Below are positions 50,494 to 61,822 of a stretch of DNA of 64,000 bases, piece by piece. The notes beneath the pieces are model-generated. The model did not search any database. It was not told the DNA's origin and saw only the letters and a program-made list of their open reading frames with translations. Positions within the stretch are counted from its first letter, which is position 1, and every line of letters begins with the position of its first letter. Source of the stretch: Candidatus Poribacteria bacterium (GTDB lineage Bacteria; Poribacteria; WGA-4E; WGA-3G); contig CBDBFU010000013.1 in assembly GCA_965205025.1 (NCBI GenBank), positions 32,001-96,000 on the forward strand, written 5' to 3'. The translations under genes and the position numbers were made by a program.

Positions 50494-51138
50494 TTAAAAA
50501 AGAGTGTAGTTCTTTCATATTCGTTTGCTTCAGCTAATTTCTTTTTCGCTTTACCAATGTCTTCAATGATTGTTGATCTTAATGTCATAAAGTCATCACC
50601 TTCATGGCGCAAAACATAAGCAGGATTATATGTCGCAATAGCAAACGGTGAGTAACGTGTTTCGGTAAACAGATACCCCGTTCTTCAGTAATTTTAAAAC
50701 CTGATTGAATGAGCGTTTTTGCAGCGGGTGATCCGAGACATAGAATGACAAAAGGTTGTATGGTAGTAAGCTCATTATCTAACCATTTTGAACATGCCTT
50801 AATTTCGGTTATCTTTGGTGGTCGATTTTTCACCCATTCTGATGTTGATCCGCGGCACGACATTTTATGATATTGGTCAACCAGATATCTGCCCTTGTGA
50901 GTTCATTGGCAGCGAGTACTTCGTCTAACATATTTCCAGCAGGACCTGAAAAAGGAAATGATGTGTGATTATCGGCTGCAGACGGACCTTCCGCTATAAC
51001 TGCTAATTTTTGAATTCGGGTTTCCACTTCCAAATACTACATTTTCACGGATTAGATAAATTACAGTCTAAACATTCTGCTGCACGTTTTCTAATGTGCC
51101 AATAGTTTTTCGTTATTTGATAAATGGTCTAACATCAT
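50494..51138 (-). CDS. Uracil-DNA glycosylase, family 4-like (frameshifted; end approximate)
   Basis: CLDC, AEGP, PFSGPAG..LD, WLTNIIKCR, NRPP...EI.AC, LG..AA. Confidence 0.8.
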
Positions 51139-51190
51139 AAAAAACAACCCAAGTTTCTACCTTTTACATGAAATCGAACCTATTAATTTC

Positions 51191-53825
51191 CTAACTTTTT
51201 TCATACCCTCCAGTGGTTTTAGAAAACTGTATACTTGTATGAATCAGCGTATCTGTAGGATCAAATGTTAACTCATAAACAGGTTTTTCCCCATTTATAT
51301 CGATATTTACTTCCGTATGTAGAAACACCGATTGGAATGAACTCTTCTGGAACATGAATATAGAATGTACCATCCGATTCTCTTGGTGGTTTACAAACAA
51401 GCATATAGCTATGGCTGTGTTCATCCCAACCAGCAGATATAATTTCGACTGCACCTTGTGTATAGTGTAGATCTGTAGATAGAAGCTGAGGTACGTGTTG
51501 TTGTTCGCGTAGACAGAACAATTTCGCTGAACGGGGTGGAATATTCATCAAACTAACTTTCTTGGAAACTATACCTAAATATTGACGCATCCAGAAATCA
51601 TGGATAAGAAAATCCTTATTCACATCTATACTTGTATCTGCTAAATCAAAAAGGATATCTTCTTGATAGTCACTCCAATTAAATATTCCAATCAGATCCC
51701 AGGATTCCCGTGACGTAGATATGGGTAAGTGCCAAATTTGAGGAAAAGGTTTATCAAAACGATCAGTTGAATATGCTGCCTTTTGCAATATAGGTAGTAT
51801 CTTAGCTAATAATTCAGCACGATGTGGAGAGAAGGATGTTGGATCATTCACACAATATACTAACCCACCACTTAATGCTGCAGCAGTTAATTCAACGATA
51901 ACCTCATTTGCAGGTCGTGGTGAATCCACAGACAGTTCGCCATACGCATGACTCCACAGAAGGTTATGTACTGACAAATAACCTGTGTATCGGCTAAGTT
52001 TATGTTTTATTCCATTCTGCTGGTGCCAAGAATCGGTGTTATGGACATACTTATGTCGTAGGAGTGGAAAATTAATTGGCACACTCCCAACACTTACACT
52101 ATCAATAACGTTATATCCAGATAGGATAGGCTTATTCTGTGTAGAATCAATAGATTCCTTAACTGAATTAACAGCCAGATGATACAATTCGGTTGATGTT
52201 AGAGATGAGTCATGCCAAGAGACATTCTGTATAACAGACATCATGCCGCTTGTATAACTCGACATGTCAGTCTTAATTAAGTCAAAACCCCAATCATCAC
52301 TGATCTTTTTTATCCACTTTTTTACATGTTTCTGAGTTTCAGGATGTGAAACATCTAATATGGCAAGTGCTTTCTTTCTCCCTGGAAGGTATACCTCAAC
52401 AGGTTCATTTGTAGGTTCGGAGTTGTTTTCTTTATTTTCTTTTGATGGGTTATTATGTTCTGTTGTTCGCAGACATATATCAGGCCACTTTGAAATTAAT
52501 TTGGAATTACTCTCTATGACATAAGGGTCAATACAGATACTTGCCTTAAAACCAAGATTGTGTATTTTTTCAACAACTGAAGACATACCATCAGGAAAAT
52601 CATCAGTATTTAAATCTATCTCACCAGGATTCATTTGCCATCCGGATTCTATATGTATGTAATCAATTCCTCCAGAATGTATGGATTTGAATAGTGGATT
52701 ATCTGCAATTGATTGTGTATGTTCATTTATAATTTTGGCAGATAATGTTCCATCCTTCTTTTCAGATGTAATACTCCATCCTGAGATAGTCTTATTTAGC
52801 AATACATTCTCAACTGTAATATTATTGGTTTCTTGAGTTACACCATTTGAAATCAGAGCTTCATTGTCTTTTCCAAGTCTTTCTGTATATTGCTTGTAAG
52901 AAGTAGTAGCCTCTTCCACAAAATCGATGTAGCCAATTTCAGTAGTTATTTCGTTTCCTGGTTCACATTCCGTGGTTTCACAATCATGATATAAACCCCA
53001 TGTTGTGATCCCTTGTTGAGACTTACGTTTAGATGCTTGATAACCTACTTGAATACCTGGCCACCATTTGTCAGCTGTTAGGAAACCAAAGAGGAGAGAT
53101 TTTTTGGTTTCTGTGTCATAGAGCATACCATCTTGACAAGGTTGGGATGAATTGTCCTTAGTCAGATTGAATCCATCGTAGATTTTTTTATGTGTACCTG
53201 AATTTGGAGAAATAGGGGGTAATTTTAGATATAGATGGTATTGGGATGGATGTCCCCCTAATTGTATTAAACCGTGCTGTGTTGATATGTCTATTAGGGA
53301 GATGTCTTTTAAGAATAGTGAAGACGAATTAAGATTCTCTACACCAATTTTGAGTAAAACATAGGGTTGGTCAGTATAGCAAGTTAGGTAGGTGTTTATT
53401 TGAATATCGGGTTGATTTGAATCATCAACCTGATTTATTTGCACATTTGATTCTGTGTCGGTTGTCTCAGATGTAGGATCAGAATCGTCAGAACTCTCTG
53501 GGTGATAAGATTCACCATTGTCATCATCTGTTGACTGGGGTGTGTTCTTCTCTGGTTTATATGAAAAACGTAAAAGTTGATATGTTCCATAAGAATCAGT
53601 TTCTATAGCTTCGGTCGTAAATTCTCTAAACCCAGCATCAGATGTCTTATGTGTTGTGCCATCAGTAAGACTTACTTGGGTTAAACCGTTCTTGATAATG
53701 GTCTTTCCTGATTGGTCGTTATAGTTCCAAGTTCCTTTAGATAGGTTATATTCAATTTGGTATTTCTGATGGTCAATTACGACGAGTTTTCCTCGTCGCG
53801 AAACGGAGAGGTCCTCTATATTCAT
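51191..53825 (-). CDS. GH36/alpha-galactosidase-like glycoside hydrolase (C-terminal frameshift at about 51290)
   Basis: SGWS, HIESGWQ, FPDGM, LDVSHPE, WGFDLIKTD, FNW, HDFW, LLSTD.H.TQG. Confidence 0.7.
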
Positions 53826-54447
53826 GTACTCGTTCCTTATGTTCCTTTACAGACGATATTCTTCAACGTTTGCACCATCAAAGAGTATACTATCTACAGT
53901 TATGTTTCTGTGGAGTACATGAGAAGGGATATTCATGAATTCAATAGCAAAGTACGAATATATCTGAATTAATTAGATATATTCCACAGTATATCTTGCT
54001 AACGGAACATATAAATCTGAACAACAGTTGATGTATTGTTTAGAATGGGTATGAATTGAATAATGTCGTGCTTTTATTCACTACTATAAACAACACATAC
54101 TAAGAATGAGATGAAATGAAGACTATGTTAGCTCAGAAATTGAAGTAGATAATCTACCCATTTAGTTTAGTGTAAAACTGTTCCCCTTTGAAGAATATCT
54201 TATGTTATATAAACTTATGCTTTTAAAATATGATCAATAATCTGAGTTATTATAATATATGTGCTTAGATAGATTGTCTTTCAGAAAACAAATAGTTATT
54301 TTTTAGTCTTAGAATCTAAATTAACACAAGATTAATCAGAATTAGAGTTCCTTCTTACCCAATATGACTTACCATAAAAAGAATGTGGGTTTTACAGATG
54401 TTAATCTCATCTAATTTTATCTATGAATCGAACTCAGAATTTCATAC

Positions 54448-55011
54448 TTATTCAATAAAGCGGAATAAACTAACACAGGTATCTCCATACTGTCTTTGCT
54501 CTTCATGGCTAAGTAAACCAATTTCTGTCGGTAATACGGTTTTCTTATTATGTTCAACTAAGAGTATTCCCGCTTTATTAAGTAGTTTTGTTTCAGATAT
54601 TTGTGTGAGACATTGATTGTACAGATCAGCATCATACGGTGGATCAAAATAGATCAACTCAAATGTCTCTAATTGATTGTGTAATGTCTTAATGCCTTTG
54701 TAAGCATCTTTAGCAATCACTTTAACCTGTGGATCTGATATTTCAATACCGCAGATATGAAGATTTTGTCTTATTAGTTTCAGACTCCCAGGATTGCGTT
54801 CTAAGAAAGTTACCTGCTTGGCTCCTCGGCTAAAAGCCTCTATTCCAATATTGCCAGTTCCCGAACATAGGTCAAGAAAATTAGCATTTACTACGTTGTT
54901 TTGTATAATACTAAAAACTGACTCTTTTACTCTATCAGACGTAGGTCTGATATTCATGTTTTTTGGTGTATTTAGTCGTCTTCCTTTATATTTCCCAGCG
55001 ATAATTCGCAT
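54448..55011 (-). CDS. rsmD: 16S rRNA (guanine966-N2)-methyltransferase
   Basis: MRIIAGKYKGRRL, RPTSDRVKES.F, LDLCSGTG.IGIEA.SRGA, DPPY. Confidence 0.93.
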   Translation of the reverse strand: MRIIAGKYKGRRLNTPKNMNIRPTSDRVKESVFSIIQNNVVNANFLDLCSGTGNIGIEAFSRGAKQVTFLERNPGSLKLIRQNLHICGIEISDPQVKVIAKDAYKGIKTLHNQLETFELIYFDPPYDADLYNQCLTQISETKLLNKAGILLVEHNKKTVLPTEIGLLSHEEQRQYGDTCVSLFRFIE

Positions 55012-55072
55012 CTATAGTTATTTGATGGGTTGTAATATGGGTACTATCCTACAGAGAAATCCGCTCATGGGT

Positions 55073-56377
55073 TTATACAAACAATTCTTCAATGACAGTT
55101 CCATCATCCACAACCCTAATAGGTCGACCGGAACGTGACATATTCTCTTCATCATAATTGATACCGAGTGCAAAACATAGTGAAGCGAATAGATCCTGTA
55201 CACCTGTAGCTCCTGCTACGACTTCTGTACCGTCTTCGTTTGTACTGCCAATTACCTGTCCTCCACGCGTGCCACCACCTGCAATTACAGCAGACCATCC
55301 ATTAGGGTGATGATCTCGTCCATCATTCTGGTTAATCTTAGGTGTACGTCCGAATTCACCTAACCATAAAACGATTGTTTCATCAAGTAGGTCTCTCTCA
55401 CTAAGCTCTTTTATGAGCATTGCATAGGCTGGATCCACAACTTCAAGAAGTTCTTTTGTTCTTTCGAAGTTATTTTCATGGGTATCCCACCCATCAAGCG
55501 TAATTTCAACGAATTTAACACCTGATTCAACAAGTCGTCTTGCCATTAGACATCCTTGTCCAAATCTATTCATTCCGTAAGCCTGTTTTATTTCTGTGGG
55601 TTCTTCATTCAGATCGAACGCTTTTATCTTCGGTGAATTAATCAATTCATCAGCCTTTTTGTATATAGCTTCATGGGCTTCTGTTCCTAAACCAGAACGT
55701 TTTGTAATAAAATCCTTTTCGAGATTATTCAACATCTTTAGCCGTTGTCGAAATCGGTTTGTATCCATCAATTCAGGATATTCCAGATCATCAATTTTTT
55801 CCATTGGGTTGTTAACAACAAAAGGATCGTGTGTCGCGCCGAGAAATCCGCCTGAGTAGGTTGGTGAATTGATGTTTACACAACTCGGTAACTTCGTTTC
55901 ACTATCTTCAAGATAATATGAAGTGAGAGAACCAAAAGTAGGGTGTCTTACAGCACCCCCAGGAGCATAACCTGTATGGAGTAGATAGCGTGCACGTTCA
56001 TGGTTACCTTCCCGAGTCACCATGGATCGAATAATGGATAGATGATGTGCCTGTTCTGCAACCTGTGGTAAATGCTCTGATACTTCAATACCTTTTACAC
56101 TTGTGGGAATTGGTACAAAGGGACCGCTGTTTTCAACGGATGGTTGTTTTGGGTCGAAGGTGTCTAATTGGCTCGGTCCACCACTCATAAACATGACGAT
56201 ACAGTGTTTGGCTCGTGGAATTACTTGATCAAGTTGTGATGCAGAAGTTCCAAAATGTTGCATAGCAACAAGACCCAAGAAACTGCCTATACCGTATTTA
56301 AAGAAGCCTCTACGAGATATTTCTTTATGCCATAATTCAGGAGTGTCATATTCAGGTACCCATATTTCTGATCTCAT
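55073..56377 (-). CDS. DUF1501 domain protein (Tat-like N-terminus)
   Basis: SRRGFF, GGPSQLDTFDPK, ARRLVE.GV.FV, WDTH, EFGRTP, GRDH. Confidence 0.9.
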   Translation of the reverse strand: MRSEIWVPEYDTPELWHKEISRRGFFKYGIGSFLGLVAMQHFGTSASQLDQVIPRAKHCIVMFMSGGPSQLDTFDPKQPSVENSGPFVPIPTSVKGIEVSEHLPQVAEQAHHLSIIRSMVTREGNHERARYLLHTGYAPGGAVRHPTFGSLTSYYLEDSETKLPSCVNINSPTYSGGFLGATHDPFVVNNPMEKIDDLEYPELMDTNRFRQRLKMLNNLEKDFITKRSGLGTEAHEAIYKKADELINSPKIKAFDLNEEPTEIKQAYGMNRFGQGCLMARRLVESGVKFVEITLDGWDTHENNFERTKELLEVVDPAYAMLIKELSERDLLDETIVLWLGEFGRTPKINQNDGRDHHPNGWSAVIAGGGTRGGQVIGSTNEDGTEVVAGATGVQDLFASLCFALGINYDEENMSRSGRPIRVVDDGTVIEELFV

Positions 56378-56729
56378 AATCTGTATTTACATTCCAAAAG
56401 AATGCTTCTCCTAAATAACCCGCACAACCTATTTTATTTACATATTGATCTCTGCGGGGTAGATGTCATTGATAGATGCTAATTATCTGATGTATCTTTA
56501 ATTGCTAATGATATACCAATAGGATATATCTTCCAGAACTGAGGTAATTATGAAAAAAATTTCTCTGTTTTCTGGTATTCCATTATCTATTTCAACATAA
56601 TACCATACATAGGTCTGAATTGCAAGGAAAACCCGTTTTATCGTTTGGGTGTTTTTTCGTTTATATTCCAATCAAAAATTCTTAATGATGTTAAAAATAA
56701 CATTATCGTTTACCTGTTTTATCTATTAA

Positions 56730-56978
56730 ACATGAAAAGTTACACTTTTTGTCACATCGTGTGACATTAAAATTGGTGTCTAAACACCTTCTAAACCCTT
56801 TCACAGAGTGGGTTTACACCAAATTGAAATAGAAATTATAAAAATTCGATTTTTGTCTTTTCTTTACTTTATTTTGAAATCCAAAATGGGAATTTTAATT
56901 TTCATAACACAATTTTTTAATTGCTTTCTCAAAACTACTCTCATGCCAACGCCAGAGAGGGTTTTCAGGTTGTCATGT
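56730..56978 (-). repeat. ~250-bp conserved non-coding element, copy 2
   Basis: Inverted homolog of 26292-26541; a 31-bp core also occurs at 13148-13178. Confidence 0.8.
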
Positions 56979-56997
56979 TTCTCTCTTTATTTGTGAT

Positions 56998-57184
56998 AAG
57001 TTACGAAATCGTAACTTTTTTCTTAAATTATCCATTTAACTAATTTTGACTACGAGTTCAGTGTTTATCTATCTTCGTAGGTGTTGTGTTAGTAGAACAC
57101 TTAGGAAAAAACTTAATAATTTGGTCGAATTTGTCCATTTTTCGATGTAAAAAGTTACAAAAAGTTACGAAATCGTAACTTTTT
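56998..57184. promoter_or_regulatory. Duplicated palindrome AAGTTACGA-AA-TCGTAACTT (putative protein-binding sites)
   Basis: Copies at 56998-57017 and 57159-57184. Confidence 0.5.
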
Positions 57185-57657
57185 ACGGTTTTTCATATTA
57201 AGGTAAATTGGTGATAACGCTTGTCTTAGACTGTGTTCTCGGACGAATTTGCAAAAGGACATTTTTCTGTGAAAAAAGTTATTTAACATTTTTCTTGTTG
57301 GTTTTCTTCGGTTATGATAGTGCTTGAAATTTTCAAATTTTGCGGATAGCATTTGTCCCCGCTTTGATACAAAATAGACATCTGATCTTTTTGGTAAATT
57401 CATAGGTATATTCTTAATTTTGGTAAACAGTATATGTAATTCTCTGATTCTCTCATCTTGTATATTTAATCTATAGCAATTACCAATCTAACATTTATAT
57501 ATTTATATGTCATATAGATTGCTTATATTATTTATTTGTAATTGTTTAAGTGGTTCAAAGATTTGATGTATGCTATTTTGTTTTTCTTCATTATTTTTAT
57601 AGTTTGATGGTTTCTTTGTGATTAAAGGGGTGTGTGGAATAATTTGGATATATCTTA

Positions 57658-57850
57658 CTTGTCTGAATCACAGAATACGTGGATTACACGGATAAGAGTG
57701 ATTGGGAGGATTAGGAGTAAGATCACAAACTAAAAGTTTGTGGTACAAAAAGCTGTTTTTTCTGAACCGCGGATTACGCGGAGAGGAGGGTTTTGGATGC
57801 GGATGTTTCTCTTTTCTGAATCGCAGATTAAGCGGAGGAGAGGATTTCGG
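57658..57850. repeat. Composite repeat module (TCTGAA..CGGATTAC units plus CACAAACT-AAA-AGTTTGTG hairpin)
   Basis: Homologous to 25780-25950; hairpin at 57724-57742. Confidence 0.75.
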
Positions 57851-57882
57851 GGTATGGAATGTTTACCGTTTGCGTCAACGGA

Positions 57883-58374
57883 TCAAGGATCTTTGGTTGC
57901 CGTAGATGTGATATGCCATAGCAGTACTGTGCCGTCCGAACTACCACTTGCGAGTGTCTGTCCATCCGGACTGAAGGCTACACTTAAGACAAACCATGTA
58001 TGTCCTTGTAGTGTTTGCTTGTGTTCACCTGTTGCCACATCCCATAGACGGATGGTCTTGTCCTTACTGCCACTTGCGAGTGTCTGTCCATCAGGACTGA
58101 AGGCTACGCTTATGACAGACCATTTATGACCTGTGAGTAGTGATAATTCTTGATAGGTCTGTGCGTCATAGAGCCAAATACCAATATGGGTCGCAACTGC
58201 AATGAAGTTTCCATCTGGAGAATACGCAACATTTGTAACCTCCCCTTTCCCAAGACGCACTTTCGCACCTTCAGGTAAGTGCCACGTTGTATAATCTTGA
58301 GCAAAACTGTTGCATAAAAATAGTGTTGCAATGAATAGGTGTGTCAAAAAGAGATAAAATAACTTGGTATTCAT
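57883..58374 (-). CDS. Short secreted WD40 protein (internally deleted paralog)
   Basis: Signal peptide, LPEGAKVRLGKG, only about 3 WD repeats, native C-terminal DGTVLLW. Confidence 0.75.
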   Translation of the reverse strand: MNTKLFYLFLTHLFIATLFLCNSFAQDYTTWHLPEGAKVRLGKGEVTNVAYSPDGNFIAVATHIGIWLYDAQTYQELSLLTGHKWSVISVAFSPDGQTLASGSKDKTIRLWDVATGEHKQTLQGHTWFVLSVAFSPDGQTLASGSSDGTVLLWHITSTATKDP

Positions 58375-58585
58375 AGAAAAACCTTTCCTTTGATTCTAAT
58401 TAGGACAGAGACATTTCCTCTTAGAGTACTCTTGATAAGGGAGAATGTGTAAGTCCTGATAGAATCAGGCGTCAATTTAAGCATCAAGATCTTCTGTAGG
58501 AGGGGATTCCGATCCTCGATTCTTCAAGTTCCTGTTCCTACTCCATGGCGTAATCCGTGAAATCCGTGATTCAGAAAGCATAAAT

Positions 58586-59356
58586 CTATATATTAGAACG
58601 GGTTTGGCATCCATCAACATTAATACACGCCCCCGTGATAAGACTTGCTTTATCTGAAGCGAGGAACACTGCGACATTAGCAATCTCTTCTGGTTTACCA
58701 AAACGTCCAAGGGGCATTTCACTATCCACAAATGCTTTCATTGCATCAGGGTCTGCTTTCATGCGTCTATCCCATCCCCCACCTGGAAATAGAATGGAAC
58801 CGGGTGCTATACTATTAACACGTATATTATCAGGTGCAAGTTCTTTAGCCAAAGACTTTGTCATACTGATCTCTGCAGCTTTTGCAGCGTTGTATGTAAT
58901 GTGTCCTCCACCCTCTCTACCATAAATTGATGTAATCATAATAATAGCACCACTTCCCTGTTTCTTCATCACAGGAATTACCAATCGGTTGACTCGTGTA
59001 GCAGAAACTAAATTTAGATCGAGTATCTCGTGCCATTCGTCATCGGTAATTTCTTCTAACGGTGTCCACCGACTACCACCAACATTATTGACAACGACAT
59101 CAATTCGTCCATAATGATCAAGCGTTTCTGATATAAAAGCATCTACCTGTTCATTATCTGTTACATCCGTCGGTTTTGAGAAAACACCTCTCTTGAAAGG
59201 TTTTAGTTCATTTGTAACTGCTTGTAATGTATCTGGGTCTCTACCGCAAATACTCAGTTTGGCTTCCTCTTCAGCAAATGCGAATGCAATAGATCTCCCT
59301 ATTCCTCGACTTGCTCCTGTTATCACAACAACTTTGTCTGTAAGGCCTAATATCAT
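58586..59356 (-). CDS. SDR family oxidoreductase
   Basis: TGASRGIG, NNVG, YNAAK, RVNSIAPG, GACINVDG. Confidence 0.92.
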   Translation of the reverse strand: MILGLTDKVVVITGASRGIGRSIAFAFAEEEAKLSICGRDPDTLQAVTNELKPFKRGVFSKPTDVTDNEQVDAFISETLDHYGRIDVVVNNVGGSRWTPLEEITDDEWHEILDLNLVSATRVNRLVIPVMKKQGSGAIIMITSIYGREGGGHITYNAAKAAEISMTKSLAKELAPDNIRVNSIAPGSILFPGGGWDRRMKADPDAMKAFVDSEMPLGRFGKPEEIANVAVFLASDKASLITGACINVDGCQTRSNI

Positions 59357-59460
59357 AAAATTTCTCCGTTCTATTGATAGTAAACTTTAAATATGTCATG
59401 CTTAAGGTGGACTTCACTCGGTGTGTCTACCACTACTAAATTCCACTCATTTCTTCTCTG

Positions 59461-60153
59461 TTATTTCTCTTCCTTGAGTCGATATCCAACACCGTATACA
59501 GTCTCAATATGTTTGCCTAATTTCCCTAATTTTCTTCTGAGTCTACTCACGTGTGTGTCAACAGTTCTGTCTATTCCGTAGTATTCCTGCTCCCAGATAA
59601 CATCCATCAGTATATCTCGATTGAAGACGCGTCCGGGTGATTTGGCAAAAAGTGTTATAAGTTTGAATTCTGTAGCAGTTAGATCAATTGCTTCGTCATC
59701 TGTCAACACCTGATGTCGATTAAGGTCTATGACGACCCCGTGTGTTTCAATCTTATTTTCATCCTCATCATCGTTACCAGCATTCAATCTACGTAGGACA
59801 GCATTGATACGGAGGACAACTTCCCGTGGGCTAAAAGGTTTTGTAATATAATCATCTGCTCCCAATTCAAGACCTGTAACACGGTCTTGTTCATCTGTCT
59901 TGGCAGTTAACATGACAATTGGAATTTTCTTAGTTCGTGGGTCATTTTTCAGCAGACGGCAAACAATCAATCCGTCAACTTCGGGAAGCATAAGATCTAA
60001 CAGTATGAGATCTGGTGGGTTATCAACAGCCCGTGGTAGGACGTCAGCACCGTTACGTACAACATCTACTTCGAAATTCTCTTGTTTTAGGTTATACCTT
60101 AATAGGTCGACGATATCGCGTTCGTCTTCCACAATTAGTATTTTTGCATCCAT
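59461..60153 (-). CDS. OmpR/PhoB family response regulator
   Basis: ILIVED, LDLMLP, GADDYITKPF, LTATEF, RTVDTHV.RLR.KL, GVGYR. Confidence 0.93.
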   Translation of the reverse strand: MDAKILIVEDERDIVDLLRYNLKQENFEVDVVRNGADVLPRAVDNPPDLILLDLMLPEVDGLIVCRLLKNDPRTKKIPIVMLTAKTDEQDRVTGLELGADDYITKPFSPREVVLRINAVLRRLNAGNDDEDENKIETHGVVIDLNRHQVLTDDEAIDLTATEFKLITLFAKSPGRVFNRDILMDVIWEQEYYGIDRTVDTHVSRLRRKLGKLGKHIETVYGVGYRLKEEK

Positions 60154-60389
60154 TTGAATTACCTAATCTATATAATTCCTTCTACATATTCAAAACAATT
60201 GAACATTTTGCTTAATTTTTTATCAGAGTCAGGGGTTGGATTACTCTTGTATTAGGAAAGAATATGCATTAATGTATAAGTGCATTATTTGTATAATATT
60301 ACCACATTCTGCTGTGAATTGTAATGTAAATAATCAACACCTATGGTATTATTTTGTAAAACAAAATAAGGTAGTAATTATAATCAGTA

Positions 60390-60716
60390 ATGAAAATTAA
60401 ACGTACATATCATATATAATAATCATAAACACCCTATTACTTCTTTTGATTAGATTCCCTTACGGATATTCTGATTCAAATATCCGAGGGTTTACACCAG
60501 AAAACGCATCCCAACAACAGGAAACAGAAACTGCATTCAAAAAATTAGTATCAATAGATTCTTGTATGAAGAATTTACGCAGATTGACTGAAGAACCACA
60601 TCTTGCGGGAACTGAGAATAGTCTGAAGGTGGCAGAATATTTAAAAGATCAATATGAGAGTTATGGATTGCAAGTTAAGATATATGAATATCAAGTATAT
60701 TTACCACACCCTATTA
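60390..60716 (+). pseudogene. N-terminal fragment of an M28 (glutamate carboxypeptidase II-like) peptidase
   Basis: IRGFT...QQ..E, LRRLTEEPHLAGT, YGL, YEYQVYLPHP, then truncation; 5' part interrupted by stops. Confidence 0.65.
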
Positions 60717-61757
60717 CTTTGTATCTTCAATTACTACTACATAAATAGGTTTTAATGAGACAGTATCTCCCACTTGAAATTGACTCTGATAGTCAGTTTG
60801 GACAAAGTAAATGTCTCCATCTATCTCAACTTGATAAGTAAAATCATGCCCTTTAAACTCACGGGTTGAAATGTGACCTTGTATATTATTCTTTAATTCT
60901 GTATCAGTCTTATTGATATTTATATGTTCTGGACGAATGGATAGTATTACCTGTGGTGAGTCTGGATAATTCATTTTAATTGTACCAAGAGGAGTTTCAG
61001 CAAGACCATTTTCAATACTTGTCTCAATAATGTTTGTCTTCCCTAAAAAATTCGCCACATAGACAGTTTTTGGTTGCTTGTATACTTCTTCAGGTATACC
61101 AATTTGCTCGATCGTACCATCATTCATCACTGCAACCCGTTCTGCAAAACTTAAGGCTTCTTCCTGATCATGTGTAACCAATATAACACTTATATTGAAG
61201 GTCTTTAATAATTCTCTAACTTCCTCTCTTGTTGATTGTCTTAGACCGGTATCAAGGTTTGAAAATGGTTCATCTAATAGGAGCATCTTAGGTTGTGTGA
61301 CTAATGATCTTGCTAATGCCACTCGTTGTTGTTCGCCACCTGAGAGATGATGAGGCATACGTGATTGTAGATGTGCCATTCCAACCCGTTCCAGTATATC
61401 TAAAGCAATCTCATATCTTTTATTTTTCTTGAGTTTTCTTCTTAAACCAAAAGCGGCATTATCAATTACTGTTTTATCGGGAAACAGAGCGTAATCCTGA
61501 AACACAAAACCTATTTCACGTGATTCTGGTGGGACAAAGACACGTTTGTCATCAAGAACGCGTTCGTTTATTGTAACGCTACCGGAATCGGCTTTTTCAA
61601 ATCCTGCAATCAATCGTAATGTCGTTGTTTTTCCACATCCGCTTGCCCCTAAGAGTGCGAATATTTCCCCTGGGTATACTTCAAAACTGACATTTTTTAC
61701 CACAGGTGTAGTCTGATATTGCTTTGATATTGAATCAACTGTAAGAAGTGGTTTCAT
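60714..61757 (-). CDS. ABC transporter ATP-binding protein (FbpC/PotA-like)
   Basis: GASGCGKTT, FVFQDYALFP, LSGGEQQRVALAR, LLLDEPFSNLD, THDQEEA. Confidence 0.92.
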   Translation of the reverse strand: MKPLLTVDSISKQYQTTPVVKNVSFEVYPGEIFALLGASGCGKTTTLRLIAGFEKADSGSVTINERVLDDKRVFVPPESREIGFVFQDYALFPDKTVIDNAAFGLRRKLKKNKRYEIALDILERVGMAHLQSRMPHHLSGGEQQRVALARSLVTQPKMLLLDEPFSNLDTGLRQSTREEVRELLKTFNISVILVTHDQEEALSFAERVAVMNDGTIEQIGIPEEVYKQPKTVYVANFLGKTNIIETSIENGLAETPLGTIKMNYPDSPQVILSIRPEHININKTDTELKNNIQGHISTREFKGHDFTYQVEIDGDIYFVQTDYQSQFQVGDTVSLKPIYVVVIEDTK

Positions 61758-61822
61758 AACGGTTTAATACATCTAAATTATATCAGGATTTACTCTTAAT
61801 TCATCATGATATAATTAACTTA

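Noticed and set aside
53830-54440. Possible ncRNA or pseudogene in the 600-bp gap
   Set aside because: No recognisable structure, repeat family or protein motif
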